This document shows positions 1-13,259 of a stretch of 64,000 nt of DNA, piece by piece. Position 1 is the stretch's first letter. Every line of letters begins with the position of its first letter. The position numbers were made by a program, and so were the translations under genes. The notes under the pieces were generated by a model. The model was not told where the DNA came from, searched no databases, and saw nothing but the letters and a program-made list of their open reading frames with translations. This stretch comes from Octopus vulgaris (taxonomy: Eukaryota): contig OX597835.1 of assembly GCA_951406725.2 (NCBI GenBank), positions 13,702,001 to 13,766,000 on the forward strand, written 5' to 3'.

Positions 1-251
1 AGTTATGTTTGTATGTATGTCTAATGTATGTCCCTTTTTCTCTTTCTCTCTCCCTCTGCCTCTGTTCATATGTGTGATAAAGTAGCTATATTTGTATGTA
101 TATGTAAGGTGTCTCTCTCTCTCTTTTTCTGTATGTGTGTATGTGAGTGTGTTTGCCACCCGTGCCAAAATGTACTGTCACCATAACAGGTTGAATATCC
201 AGTCAGCCTTGCTTGTCAGCATCTAAACAAACATGCATGATCGTCTCATCC

Positions 252-520
252 ATATTATTATTATTATTATTATTATTGTTATTATCATAATTAATATTAA
301 CATTATAATTATTATTATTATTAATATTATTGTTATTATTATAATATTAACATTATAATTATTATTATTATTATTATTATTATAATTAATATTAACATTA
401 TAATTATTATTATTATTAATATTATTATTATTATTATTATTATTATTGTTATTGTTATTATCATAATTAATATTAACATTATAATTATTATTATTATTAT
501 TATCATTAATATTATAATTT
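252..520. repeat. (TTA)n microsatellite with recurring AATATTAACATTATAA interruptions
   Basis: Directly visible. Confidence 0.9.
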
Positions 521-805
521 CCTTCTTTTTTTTGTTACAAAAGCTGAGATGAACTTAAAAACCAAAAATGGAAGGAAGAGAGAGAGAGATTTAAAGAGTG
601 GGCATTCTATCGAATTACGATCATGGTGGCTCAAACACAACACAGACTCTTACAAATCACAGACCATTTTGATGGCAAAAAGCAAAAAAAAAAAAAAATC
701 CTTTCTGTTCTGCATACATCAGAGATTTATCATTGCATACAATCAGATTGTTTGATGAGACAACAGTTGAAACACTGGCATGTGTACTTAAATGTACTGA
801 CTTAC

Positions 806-931
806 CTTGAAATCTAGCATAACCTATCGTTTCACCTCGGAAACTTTTTACATATTTAACACCATATACAAGAATTGGACGTCGAAGTATGTGCGCAAGG
901 GCAAATATATGCATTTGCTCAAGAGAAGCAC
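806..931 (-). CDS. ZRANB1: ZRANB1/Trabid OTU deubiquitinase, internal exon (most downstream exon in window)
   Basis: Acceptor tctatccag|G at 932-934 and donor G|gtaagt at 805-800; 126 nt, phase 1/1. Encodes (G)ASLEQMHIFALAHILRRPILVYGVKYVKSFRGETIGYARFQ(G), matching the Trabid segment GASLEQTHIFVLAHILRRPIIVYGVKYYKSFRGETLGYTRFQG as I recall it. Confidence 0.96.
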
Positions 932-2069
932 CTGGATAGATAAAAGCAAAAAAGTAAAAAAAAAAAGGGTTAGATAAAGCTTAAGATATGGAATGGAAAT
1001 GGAATTGATAGAACAAGAATGATATAAAACAGGCTACAAGAACAGTCTGCCAGAAAGAGCAGCTAGATCTCTCTCAAATGACATCCCATTGTTTTACCTT
1101 AGACAGTGTTGTCCAAGTTACACTATGCCTGAAGATATGTCAGGATGATCGTAACATATGTCAGTGGGGTGTAGATGTACCCTGCTGTCATATGAAGCAA
1201 TATAAACCCTGCTTAAGGGTTATCAGGATCTTGTGCCTCAAGGGTAGGATCAGGAGAGCAAGAGACAAGCAGAGGAAATTGTAAATCAACCGACGAAAGG
1301 CAACAGAAAACTACTGCTGCTTGTCTTCCTCAAGATGACGATGATGATGATGAATATTCTCTTGAGCCCCCCTCCCCCCCCCCCCAAAAAAGTGAGAATC
1401 TATATACAACAGTGAAACTGGCTCAAGAGATCAGAGAACTCGGTTATGCTAATATTTCTTATGCAATTTAAAAATCAGTGAACATTGGATCCAAATCCCT
1501 TTGACTATGCAACATTTGTATTTTTCCTGGTGTATAAACACGAGAAGCAAATGACGTCATCACCTTTTATATAACAACAGGTGTCATATAGCATACTCTC
1601 CTTTATATATAATGACAGGTGTCAATAATGTACCCTTCTGCTGTCCCTTATATGTAATGGCTTCAAATTTTGGCTTCAAACCATGTGGTTGGGAAGCAAA
1701 TTTCTCAACCAGACAGTCATTCTTGCACCTAATGTGTGTGTGTGTGTTTATATTTCTTGTTAAATTGAGTATTGATAAAGATTGTTCAGGCAGAGTTGCT
1801 TCCCTTATCTAAAGACCTCCAAATTGTGCGACCCAACCTTGTTTTCAAAGTTATTTTTGTAGTAAAAAAGAGTTGTTGTGCACAAAACATACTTTATTTG
1901 GTAGCTGAAAGATTACTGAATCTTTTGACACCTCATACATCAAAACTGGCAACTCAGTTTTTGAATGCATAAGGAACATATGCAAGCACACACACACAGA
2001 GACAGAAACTCTGTTTTATATATTAAGATAACAACAGGTGTAAATAATATACTCTTAGTCATATATAAT

Positions 2070-2450
2070 AATTCTTTCTACAAAAGGCACAAGGCCTGAA
2101 ATTTAGCAGTTGCATTAACCTCAGTGTTCAGTTGGTACTTATTTATCAGGCCCCAAAAAGATAAAAGGCAAAGTCGACCTCAGCAGAAATTGAACTCAAA
2201 ACATAAAGACGGATGAAATGTCACTAAGCATTTTGTCTGGCATGCTAATGAATCTGCCAGATTTCTGCCCTGTAGTTATATGATTTCAAATTTTGACACA
2301 AGGCCAGTAATTTCAGAGGGGGGTAAGAAATCAATTACATTGATCCAATCCCTCCCAGTATTCAGCTGATACTTATTTCATCAACCCCACAAAAAAATGA
2401 AAGGCAAAGTTGACCTCGGCAGAATTTGAACCCAGAACGTAAAGACGGAT
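2070..2450 (-). mobile_element. Two adjacent SINE family B copies with different tails
   Basis: Each contains the family B core (plus strand GAAAGGCAAAGTCGACCTC..GAATTTGAAC); the tails are AGGCCTGAAATTT and AGGCCAGTAATTTC. Confidence 0.8.
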
Positions 2451-2722
2451 AATAGTCATATGCAATAATAACAGATTACAGTAAATGCTATATCCTCTAT
2501 TGATATCTAACAACAGCAATAGATGTATTCCAGCTGTATTTTTGCTGATATATAATAATATTGTCTAGGAATAAATAAAAAAAAATCAATAGCATTTGGT
2601 ATTCCCCACCATCACCAAAAAAAAAGAGCCATATTCCCTTTAGGTGAAAACCAAAGTCACCTGTCTGTTAGACAAGCACCTGACATATTAACGGAGAGGT
2701 TTCTGTATGAAGTTCATCTTAC

Positions 2723-2841
2723 CTGGTTGGCTGGCAAGACTAAGCAGTACTGCCCAATCATGCGCCCACTGGCTTTCATCCAAAGAAAAATGTAAAGACT
2801 GAGCTTGCATTGATTCATATTCTTTCCACCGGGGATAGAAC
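2723..2841 (-). CDS. ZRANB1: ZRANB1/Trabid internal exon
   Basis: Acceptor ctttttcag|G and donor G|gtaaga; 119 nt, phase 2/1. Encodes (M)FYPRWKEYESMQAQSLHFSLDESQWAHDWAVLLSLASQP(G) and joins both neighbouring exons in frame. Confidence 0.95.
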
Positions 2842-3489
2842 CTGAAAAAGACCAAAAAGCAAAAATTGTACACGCACAAAAAAAAAAAAAAAAAAAAAAA
2901 AAAATTCAACTAATATTTGAATTTTTTGGGCTGAAATATTATTCTGTCAAATGCATTCCTTATTTACTCAAATTGGTTTGGAATTAATCATGCATTATCT
3001 CATGGCTTCGATGTGTGGGTGTTTATTTCTAGAATGACATTGTAGGGTAGGTGTGAGAGGTTGGATCTGGCTAGTTTGAATATAAAACAGGTAGAAAATT
3101 TAGGCTCGATGTGGCTGGGCTGAATGCAAAAGGGGTTAAATCTGTGAGAATGGCTGTTGGTCGGCCTGAGGCTACAATAGAAGACACTTGCCCAAGGTGC
3201 CACGCAGTGGAACTGAATCCGGAACCATGTGGTTGGTAAGCAAGCTACTTACCACACAGCCACGCCTGCGCCTAGCTTAAAAGCTGCACGCCATGCAGAG
3301 TTTTAAGCAAGATCCTGCAGAGGGTTACTTGGGCCCAAAATCAAATAGAACAATAATAATAATAAAGCATTTATTGGTACCCTACCAATATGGTATTCCT
3401 TCAAATTCAGTTTAAATGAAAAACTTTTAAGTTCACAAATTTTTGGAGTTCTTTTAAAATTTGAATAGTGTATATATATACGTATGTGT

Positions 3490-3520
<31 letters not shown>

Positions 3521-5799
3521 AGTGTGTGTATTGTGACTTTGTGTCTGTGTTTGTCCCCTACCACCGTTTGGTAACTGGTGTTGCTGCGTTTACGTTAATA
3601 TAACTTAGTGGTCCAGTAAAAGAGACCAATAAAAAAGTGCCAGGCATGAAAAAGAAAGAACCAGTGTCATTTGTTCGATTGAAATTCTTCAAATCTTGAT
3701 GATTGAGAGAGATAAAGGAACCACTAAATTGCTTAATAAAACTTAAAGCTAAGAGAGGTAAATTGTGTACCTCTCACGGTTGCTTTACCTGCTAGAAATA
3801 GCAGCCCAAATGCTTTTAACTCAGATCCCAATGCTGCATGTTCAAGAACCAAATGAAGGGCAGATTTTCAATTATGGGATCATCCTGATTCCAAAATGGT
3901 ATATTATGTCCATGTAGAGCAAATGTAGACTGTGATAGAGGGGTCCCGGACAGACAGAATTTTGCATTTATTAATATAGATGATGTAAGGATTTATCAAA
4001 TTGTCAATAGAGTTCACATGATGTAATCATTTATCAAGCTGTTAATAGAGGGTTTATGTGACAGAATTCATGTGATATAATGCTATGACATACGTTGCAA
4101 ACAGAGAGTGTCAATCTGAAGAATATCCAAGGTAAAATAAAATCCCTGTTTCAGGATCAGGCAGAAACTCTTTGACTTAAATTTAGAATAATATACAGGT
4201 CTGCTACATTGGTCTGAGTTTATTAATGCCTGTCTGGTTTTAGTAAGAGTGATGTGAAACAAAAAAAAAACCAAAAAAAAAAAACCACATACACACACAA
4301 AAAACAAAAATAAAGGAGTTTTTAAATATCTCCAAGAGTATGGTTCATTTGACAGTTTTCCCACAGAGAATTACTGACCTTGACACCTAGACTGCTGTAG
4401 AGTGGGTCCTTTGACATTTTTTCCCTAACAGAGAATGTCTGACCTCAGCAACACCCAAACAGTTGCTGACACACAACAACACTATTATGTCAGTCATCAT
4501 TTAATGATTCTGTTCAAACTTTTTTCGGTTTTTATCCATTGATAGCATGGACAGTTTTCATTTACCTGAGAGCACCAAGAAAATTACCGTTCTCTTCTTC
4601 ATAATTTGTGCTTTCACACTCAAACCCTACAATAAATCTAGATTATTTCACAGACTTAGTAGTGCAGTCTAGACAGATTAGATTCCATTGCTGTTAAAAG
4701 ACATTCCAACGACAACAACAACAACAAGAATAAATAAATAAATAGATAACAGACCATTTCCTGTATCTCGGCACTATGTAATTTAGTATTCTCTTCTTTC
4801 AAAGAACATAGAACCCTTTTTTATTTTCTCTACCGGACCCAGTTTTTTCTAAATCCTTTAAAGTCTGTTCAATAATTGGCACTCACTGGAATGTCCCCAT
4901 TTATTTCTTAGACCTACTTTTGATGATGTTAAAGCTAAGAGCATCGCCATAGGTGAAACAATTTTTTTTCTCAACTAAACAAAAGAAATGCTTACTTCTT
5001 TGATCAGAACATTTGTTTTAGAGCTTGTCTTTCCATGCTGGCATGGGTTAGATGGGGATGTAAACTGAAGAAAGACCTTACCACCAGACGCTCATCCTAT
5101 CACCAACCCTCATCTGTTTTGCAAGGAAGGGATTTTTTATTCTACAAGTTATGTAGGTTACAGAATGGTTGGTTATAATGTGAACAGGGAATGTAAACCT
5201 CATGTCACCGTTTCACTCCAATGTAACAGAGGAATGTCAACATTCTTGTACATTTGCCCCACCCACCCACATATATATATATATATATTTACTCACACAT
5301 GTACATACACACACATAAATATATACATACTCTTATGTACATACACACACATATATACATGCACATATTGTGCATGGGACCAGAATTTTGAAATTGAGTC
5401 AAGGGTAGTAAACTATTCTAAACCATTGTTAGAGTTTTCTGCTTAAGTGGAGTCAAGACTAACTGGTTTGTACTGGCATCAAGTTTTATAAATATATATG
5501 TGTCTCTGTGTGCGTGTGTTTGTGTGTGTGTGTGTGTGTATGAGGATCCATCTGGGGTGACATGAGGGCTTGTGTTGGATGGCCACATGCCACATGGCAA
5601 TCGTGGATGAGGAAATATCTTGCAGAGATGAGGACTAACAAGGACACTGCTTGGAGGGGGGGGTCGCCCCCAGACAAGCCAAGCAGATGCTGACAAAGGG
5701 CGGATGAGGCGATGCGCTGGAATGGTGCATACCTCCATACCTGAAGTCACCACTCTTGGAAAACCTGCAAAAGCCATGGGCACCATCCCCTGCCTTCAA

Positions 5800-6635
5800 G
5801 AATACACACACACACTACACACACACACACATGCACGTGTGAACACATGCATGCACTCATACACACACACACACACACACACACGTAAGACTGCAAACAT
5901 ACATGCATGGGCACACATGCATGCAAGCACTCGTACACACACACATACATACATTCATGCACTGTGCACACACATGCATGCACATACTTATACACATGTG
6001 CACACACTTATACACACAAGTACGCTCACATGCAAACATACATGCACATGTGCACACACGTGCACGTACACACACATACGTGAATGTAATCTTTGGTGCA
6101 CACACACACAAACACACAAATGATTGAACTCGTGTCCTGCAGCCGTCAGTAAAGACGGCTGCGTATAGATTCCAGGAAGTTTTCTAAAAATATTTTTATC
6201 ATACTTCCATCAAACTAGGACAGAGACCAGAGGCGGTGGGGGAACAAACAACCTGTGTGTGTGCATGTGTGTGTGTGCCTGCGTGTGTCTATGTGTGTGT
6301 CTGTGTGTGTGTATGTGTGTGTGTATGTGCATGTGTGTGTATGTGTGTGTGCGTGTGTGTCTGCGTCTGTTTGTGTATGTGTGTGGGTGCGTGTGTGTAT
6401 GTGCGTGTGTGTATGTGCATGTGTGTGCGTATGTGTGTGTCTGTTTGTGTATGTGTGTGGGTGCGTGGGCGTATGTGTGTGTGTGTATGTGTGTGTGTGT
6501 GCGTGTGTGTCTGTTTGTGTATGTGTGTGGGTGTGTGTGTGTATGTGTGTGTGTATGTTTGTGTATGTGCATGTGTGTGTGTATGTGCACGTGTGTCTGT
6601 GTGTGCACGTGTGTGTGTGTGTGTGTGTGTGTGAG
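5800..6635. repeat. Degenerate (CA)n tract followed by a degenerate (TG)n tract
   Basis: 5803-6120 is CA-rich and 6254-6632 is TG-rich; source of the His/Thr and Cys/Val pseudo-ORFs. Confidence 0.9.
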
Positions 6636-6924
6636 GGAGAGAGGGGACATATGTGTGTGAGTTCTTACTCGTTAGATTCATCAGATAATTTTGTTTTTTA
6701 ATCAAGTTTCTTTCTTTACAAGTGTAAATACAACATTTATCAAAATATATCAGGTGTGTACGAAGAGACGCATACGCAAACCAACGTGCAAATGCTGGTT
6801 GCACAGTTTTTAAGATTTGAAATGTTTGGCAAAGTGCTGACTTTGCACTAATTATGAACACTACATTTTTTTTTTTTAGTCTAAAATTTAATCAGTAAAA
6901 GGTTTCCTTATTTCTATAATTAGA

Positions 6925-7620
6925 GCAAGGAGGGAAGGTGAGAGAAAGAAGCAGAGAGGGATGGAGAGAGAGAGAGAGAGAAGGGAGACAGGAAGAGAGA
7001 AGCATGAGAGAGAGAGAGAGAGAAGAAATGAGAAAGAGGGAGAGAAATAGAAAGTGAGAAACAGAGAGAAGGAGAGAGGGACAGGGAAAGGGGGAGTTGA
7101 TAAAAAGATAAACAGAGAGGGGGAGAGAAACAAAGAAAGAGGAAGAGAAAGTGAGAGGGAGAGAGAGGGGGAAGTGAGAAGTAGAGAAAGAAAAACAGAG
7201 AAAACCAAAAAAGAAACAGAGAAAGAGACAAGGGAAGAGAGAGGGAGAGGAAGAGACAGTGAGAAGGAGAGAGGAGAGCAAGAGACAAGGAGAGGGAAAG
7301 AGAGAGAGAAAGAGACAAGGAGAAGGGAGAGAAAGAGACAAGGAGGAGAGAGAGACAAAGAGAAGGAGAGAGAAAAGGAGAGAAAGAGCCAAGGAGAAGG
7401 AGAGAGAAAAGGAGAGAAAGAGCCAAGGAGAAGGAGAGAGAAAAGGAGAGAAAGAGCCAAGGAGAAGGAGAGAGAAAAGGAGAGAAAGAGCCAAGGAGAA
7501 GGAGAGAGAAAAGGAGAGAAAGAGCCAAGGAGAAGGAGAGAGAAAAGGAGAGAAAGAGCCAAGGAGAAGGACAGAGAAAAGGAGAGAAAGAGACAAGGGA
7601 GAGAGAGAGAGAGAGAGAGT
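6925..7620. repeat. Polypurine (GA) tract with a 34-bp minisatellite
   Basis: Unit AAGGAGAAGGAGAGAGAAAAGGAGAGAAAGAGCC repeated about 6 times at ~7370-7590. Confidence 0.9.
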
Positions 7621-8230
7621 GAATCAATAAATCAATGAAAAAGAAGTTGTTGAGAAGCCAAACAGAATTTCTCCGAGAAAGACTTTTCTTTCTCTTTGTG
7701 TCTTTTGTTTAGAGTTAATTGTTAGAAAATAAACTAACAAATGAAGATGCGGACTATTTTGGGCAGGATGGCAAAACTACACGAAAAGAGCATCGAAAAT
7801 AGAAGAGGACGAACCGAGGGCGAGGTGCCGAGATTGTACAACGGTCGATACAGAGAAGGCCTTCAAAATACTAATTGCATCCAATTTTAACCCTTCCGTT
7901 GCCATATCTCAGTTGAAATACGCTGGGTCCATGGCAATTAATTTCGAAAATAATGAAGGATTTAGTAAAATAACTTTGGCATTATTATGTTATTATGTTA
8001 GAGTTTGGAACTTAAATTTACCGGAAGCTTTGATGAAAGGCTTTAATTTAAATCATCTTAAAACAGGAAGTCTGTGTCATAGAACCATGAACCATGCTGG
8101 TGCCATGCAAAAAGCACCCGTACTGGTGTCACGCAAAAAGAAACCAAACCAAATCAGACTGGAATGTGGTGCAGTTTTCCAACTCTGATCGAAATGTCCA
8201 ACCCATGCCAGCATGGAAAACGGACATTAA

Positions 8231-8451
8231 CCCTTCTGTTACCATATTTATTTTGAGATGTTCTGTGTTTCTTTGAATTACTTTAAATATAACAAAGAAT
8301 TTAGTAAAATAACTTAGTTATCATTCAGCTAGTGTTAGGAACATAAATTGGGACTAAGGTTTGGTGGAAGATTCTAATTCAAAACTTATGGAAACAAGAC
8401 ATTTGTACTACAGAACCAGAGGCAGTTTCAGCCAGGTTGGTAATGAAAGGG
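8231..8451. mobile_element. piggyBac-type MITE family 1
   Basis: TTAA at 8227-8230 and 8452-8455; termini CCCTT... and ...AAAGGG; body shared with the copies at 10597, 55391 and 56490-57206. Confidence 0.85.
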
Positions 8452-9489
8452 TTAAACAATAATGATGATAATGATGATGATGATAAATTTCATACCAGGA
8501 GGCAGTGTCAAGTGAGTTGGTACCAAAAAGGAATAAACCATATTTCATTCCTTAAGAAAGAAAAGAAATGAGGGTTTATTGCTCATCAAATCTCAACAAC
8601 TATTAAACCTAAACAAAAGTTTCACTGACGAAATCCCAACACCCGGGAAACAGCTGTTCTGGATAGTTCCGTTGTGTCTAATCTAGAGGTTAGCTCCAAA
8701 CAGTCATTGTTTACAAGAATGAAGTAAGCATGATTGTTTCAAGAACTCTCTGACAGTTATAGGAAGATATATCGCAGTTTAGCTTACGGTCCCTTGAGTA
8801 TCACTTGATGTACATTGGCACAATCAACTGCGTGTCCTCAGTGAAAGATGTTTTGGTAAGCTCTCTTCAATTCCAGCCTGTTTATCTACAACAAATCCTA
8901 AGTTTTACACCTGTTCCGTTCCGCCCACCACCACTGAACTGGGTGGGGAACATCTTCAAGACGAGAAGAGAAGCTTACTAATACTTGATGTATGTTGGAA
9001 AACATCAACAAACGAAGCGACCTTCTTCTTAATAGCTGTTATTGTTTGTACTACTCATTATCAACCGTTAGTAAACATCGGCGTGGTACCGCTCTGCATG
9101 TGTCATGACACACAGACAGACAGTTTTGTATATTTCTAGTTCTATTATGTAACTATTTTTTTCCTATCTTCGTTTGTTAATCCATAAATAGGATTTATTA
9201 TATTTGGTTTTTAACGAGAAATTTGAGCCAATTTGCCACGTTTAGCAGCTGTAGATTTTCCTCTTACTTTTTTTTTTCTTTATGAAATGAAAAATACCTG
9301 TGAAAGTATATTTCAGAGATGAAACAAGAGACAGCTATGTTATTTTGTTTACTAACAGGGTTAGCTGCATTGAGTAGAATGATTCACAATAGTTTAGTGG
9401 AGATGTTTTTGGTAGAAGACCAAAATACACATTAGCAGTTAAGAAAGAGTTGGTTGATTACATGTCATACAAAAATAATAATAATAACA

Positions 9490-10122
9490 ATGGTTTCAAA
9501 TTTTAGCACAAGGCCAGCAATTTCGGGAGAGGGGGGAGGGCAGTCGATTAAATTGACCCCAATGCTCAACTGGTACTTCTTTTATTGACCCCGAGGGGAT
9601 GAAAGGTAACGTTGACCTTGGCAGAATTTGAACTCAGAACATAGACGAAAGGCTACTAAGTATTTTGCCCAGCATGCTAACGACTCTGCCATCATACCAC
9701 CTTAACAATAATAACAATAACCCTTTCTACTAAAGGTACAAAGCTTGGAATTTTCGGGGAGAAGGGGACTAGTTGATTACATTGATCCCAGTGTGTAACT
9801 GGTACTTAATTTATCGACCCTGAAAGGATGAAAGGCAAAGTCGACCTCGGCGGAATTTGAACTCACAACGTAACGCAGACGAAATACCTATTTCTATATT
9901 ACCCACAAGGGGCTAAACACAGAGGGGACAAACAAGGACAGACATAGGTATTAAGTCGATTACATCGACCCCAGTGTGTAACTGGTACTTAATTTATCGA
10001 CCCCGAAAGGATGAAAGGCAAAGTCGACCTCAGCGGAATTTGAACTCACAACGTAACGCAGACGAAATACCGCTAAGCATTTCACCCGGCGTGCTAACGA
10101 TTCTGCCACCTCGCTGCCTTAA
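9490..10122 (-). mobile_element. Cluster of three SINE family B units
   Basis: Repeated CGACCCCGAAAGGATGAAAGGCAAAGTCGACCTCGGCGGAATTTGAACTC core, with three different tails. Confidence 0.85.
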
Positions 10123-10596
10123 TGGTAATTATAAATTTGTTTCTTGTGGCTGGTTGCACATGATTGATTGTTGGCCTTGTTAGAAAAATATGTTACGTGT
10201 CTTTGAGGTGATTTCTTCCTTTGAAATGTAGCAACATTTCTTGGAAATTCCAATGAAATGTAGACAAAAAAAATAGTTTGTTTTATAAATTTAACAATCC
10301 AAAATGGTTTAAAATATCTTATGTCCTTGGTTAGAGAGTAATGAATGGGCAATGAGTAAATCTATAGACTAACCAAAATTTGTAGGAGGCAATGAATATT
10401 CATGAAGATTTTGTATTGAGGGAGTTGAAGTGTTGAGATGAAACAGTTGTTATTTTGTGCTGGTTGAAGGGTTTAAAATAAATGCTGCCATCACCATCTT
10501 TTGATGTCCACCTTACAGGCTAGCATGGATCGGATGGTTTGACAAGATCCAATGAGCTCCAAGCCTGCATGCCCTGCATAACACTAACCACTTTAA

Positions 10597-10822
10597 CCCT
10601 TTCATTACCAACCCAGCTGAAATCGGTTCTGGCTCTGTAGTACATATGTCCTTTTTTCATAAGTTTTGAATTAAAATCTTCCACCAAACCTTAGTCACAA
10701 TTTATGTTCCTAAAACTAGCTGAATGATAACTAAGTTATTTTACTAAATTCTTTGTTATATTTAAAATTAATTGAAAGAAACACAGAGCATCTTAAATAC
10801 AGTAAATACAGTTACAAAAGGG
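10597..10822. mobile_element. piggyBac-type MITE family 1
   Basis: TTAA at 10593-10596 and 10823-10826; CCCTTT and AAAGGG termini. Confidence 0.85.
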
Positions 10823-11025
10823 TTAAAGAGAGTAACTGGGTGCCTTTTTTTGTGTGTGCAACTGGTATGAATGAGGGTGTCAAATAACTAGTGAGACAAA
10901 GAAAAGTAGCCCCTTAACTGAAATGGTTTGACATAGAGAGGGAGGTGGTTTTATGCCAGGTGTTGATTACTTAAAGTATAACAGAGGGACAAGTACAGGT
11001 GTCTTGTTATAGAAGAGATACACGG

Positions 11026-11246
11026 CTCTCTCTCTCTCTCTAACCGCTCAGTCGAAGTCGACTCTCGGTCACTCGTTGGATCAGTGTCCTCCAGTCAGTT
11101 CTATTCTGGGCCGCTTCTTTCAGATTGGCTATGCCCATTCTGGTATCACTCTTGATGGTGTCAAGCCAGAGGGTTCTTGGTCGGCCTCTTCCTCTCTTGC
11201 CACTGACCATTCCGAGCATGATGTCCTTCTCCAGGCTACCCAACAT
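11026..11246 (-). mobile_element. 3' end of a BovB-like RTE LINE with (GA)n tail
   Basis: Encodes SLEKDIMLGMVSGKRGRGRPRTLWLDTIKSDTRMGIANLKEAAQNRTDWRTLIQRVTESRLRLSG*, the typical RTE/BovB C-terminus; stop is followed directly by a (GA)n tail. Confidence 0.85.
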
Positions 11247-11624
11247 TATATAAAGGTGGGTAGGAGTACCAGGAAAGGAAAAAAAACGATAAAAGGCTTG
11301 TATTCAAGAGAGAACACAGACAAAGGATAAGTAAGTGATATGTATCATGTTGTTCTTTCGTTGATTCTAACCAGAAAGTTGTGACCTTGCTGTGGAACCA
11401 CCGAAATAAGATGCTTTACAGCACACAGGTTGCTTAACTTTGGTGATCAGATGATAATCAGTGCTGCCTGTGTAATATGATATGTGCTAAATAATGTACA
11501 GCATGCTACATTATGTATCAATGGTGTAATATAAAGTATAATATGATAAAGGCAAATATATATATATATGTGAAGCATGGAGAAAATGTAATGCAAAGTT
11601 TTGGAAAAAGAAAAAAGAACTTAC

Positions 11625-11823
11625 ATCATTGCTCCATCCCCAAGACTTTCTGCCAGAGCTCTACGTAAAGAATTATCAACATCAAAGACTCCCCAAGTCG
11701 CTTGTAGGACAGAGTCCAGAAGGCAGTCTCCAGCTGTGCGATTCCATAAGGCGTGCAAGCGGCTACTTAATCTTTCGGTGAGTTCCAAACTCCAGTTTAT
11801 AATGGATTCTTCTACCTCCAATT
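11625..11823 (-). CDS. ZRANB1: ZRANB1/Trabid exon carrying the catalytic Cys box
   Basis: Acceptor ccttcctttcag|AA and donor AT|gtaagt; 199 nt, phase 1/2. Encodes (E)LEVEESIINWSLELTERLSSRLHALWNRTAGDCLLDSVLQATWGVFDVDNSLRRALAESLGDGAM(M). ALWNRTAGDCLLDSVLQATWG is diagnostic for Trabid. Confidence 0.97.
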
Positions 11824-11880
11824 CTGAAAGGAAGGAAGAAAGAAAGAGAAATGTTGTAGAATTATTCAATCTCCAATTAT

Positions 11881-12125
<245 letters not shown>

Positions 12126-13259
12126 GAAAATTTAAATCATTCATTATTATATATTCAGTATCATTCAAAATACATTTTTCCATGCTTGCATGGGTCAGAC
12201 CGAGTTACTGAGGCAGTTTTTCTATGGCTGGATGCCCTTCCTGTCACCAACCTTCACCTGTTTCTGTGTAAGTTAATATTGATCATCATCATCATCATCA
12301 TTAACAAACATCATGCCACCCCCCATGGCCAGACATGTTTTCTACAGACAGATGGAAATGAACAGCTTCACTTGTATGATGATGATGATGATCATCATCA
12401 TCATCATCATCATCATTAACAAAACATCATGCGACGCCAAGACAATGATACACATAAACACACACACACGTAAAAATGTGTGTGTGTATACCCTCACCAT
12501 AATTATTTGATATGTTTTCCATGCTGGCATGGGTTGGACAGTTTGACAGGAGCTGACCAGCCGGAGAGCTTGACTAGGCTCCAATTGTCTGTTTTGGCAT
12601 GGCTTCTAAAGCTGGATGCCCTTCCTAAATGCCAACCACTTTACAGAGTGTACTGGGCGCTTTTTCATGTGGCACTAACACAAGTGCTTTTTACATGCCA
12701 CTGGCACATGGGCTTTTTATGTGGCACCAGCATATTACATATGTAGTGGGCTTCTTTCAGTTTCCATCTACCAAAACCACTCACAAGGCTTTGGTCGGCC
12801 CACGGCTAGAGCAGAAGGCACTTGCCCAAGATGACGTACAGTGGGACTGAACCTGAGACCACATAGTTGGGAAGCAAGCTTCTTCACCACACATCCATGC
12901 CTGCACTTACATTATATTATAATATATCATATTATATATCTTGAAATAATATCTCAGAAAGTTAGAAAAAGAAAATACAAAACACACAAAGTTTTTAACT
13001 GAATTATAAAGAATTAACCATCCATTACACAAATAACTTAATGACTGTTCAATACGAAGAATTGATGAGATATCTGATAAGGATTATGAAAATAGAATAC
13101 TTCAAGAATGGCCACATCTTGTTTACACAATAAAACCAGAGAAATATGGTCAATCAATTTTTATCGTTCATCAATAGATTTTTCTAAGCAGAGAGATGGA
13201 TGAGTTAGTAGTGTACTAATGTTAATGACCTTACAGAACTTGGTTCCATTATTCCCAGT

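Noticed and set aside
5704-7638. His/Thr-, Cys/Val-, Leu/Ser- and Arg/Glu-rich ORFs (also at 24.3-25.5, 29.5-30.7, 44-45, 53.4-56 and 62.8-63.5 kb)
   Set aside because: Microsatellite or minisatellite translations with no splice context or domain content.
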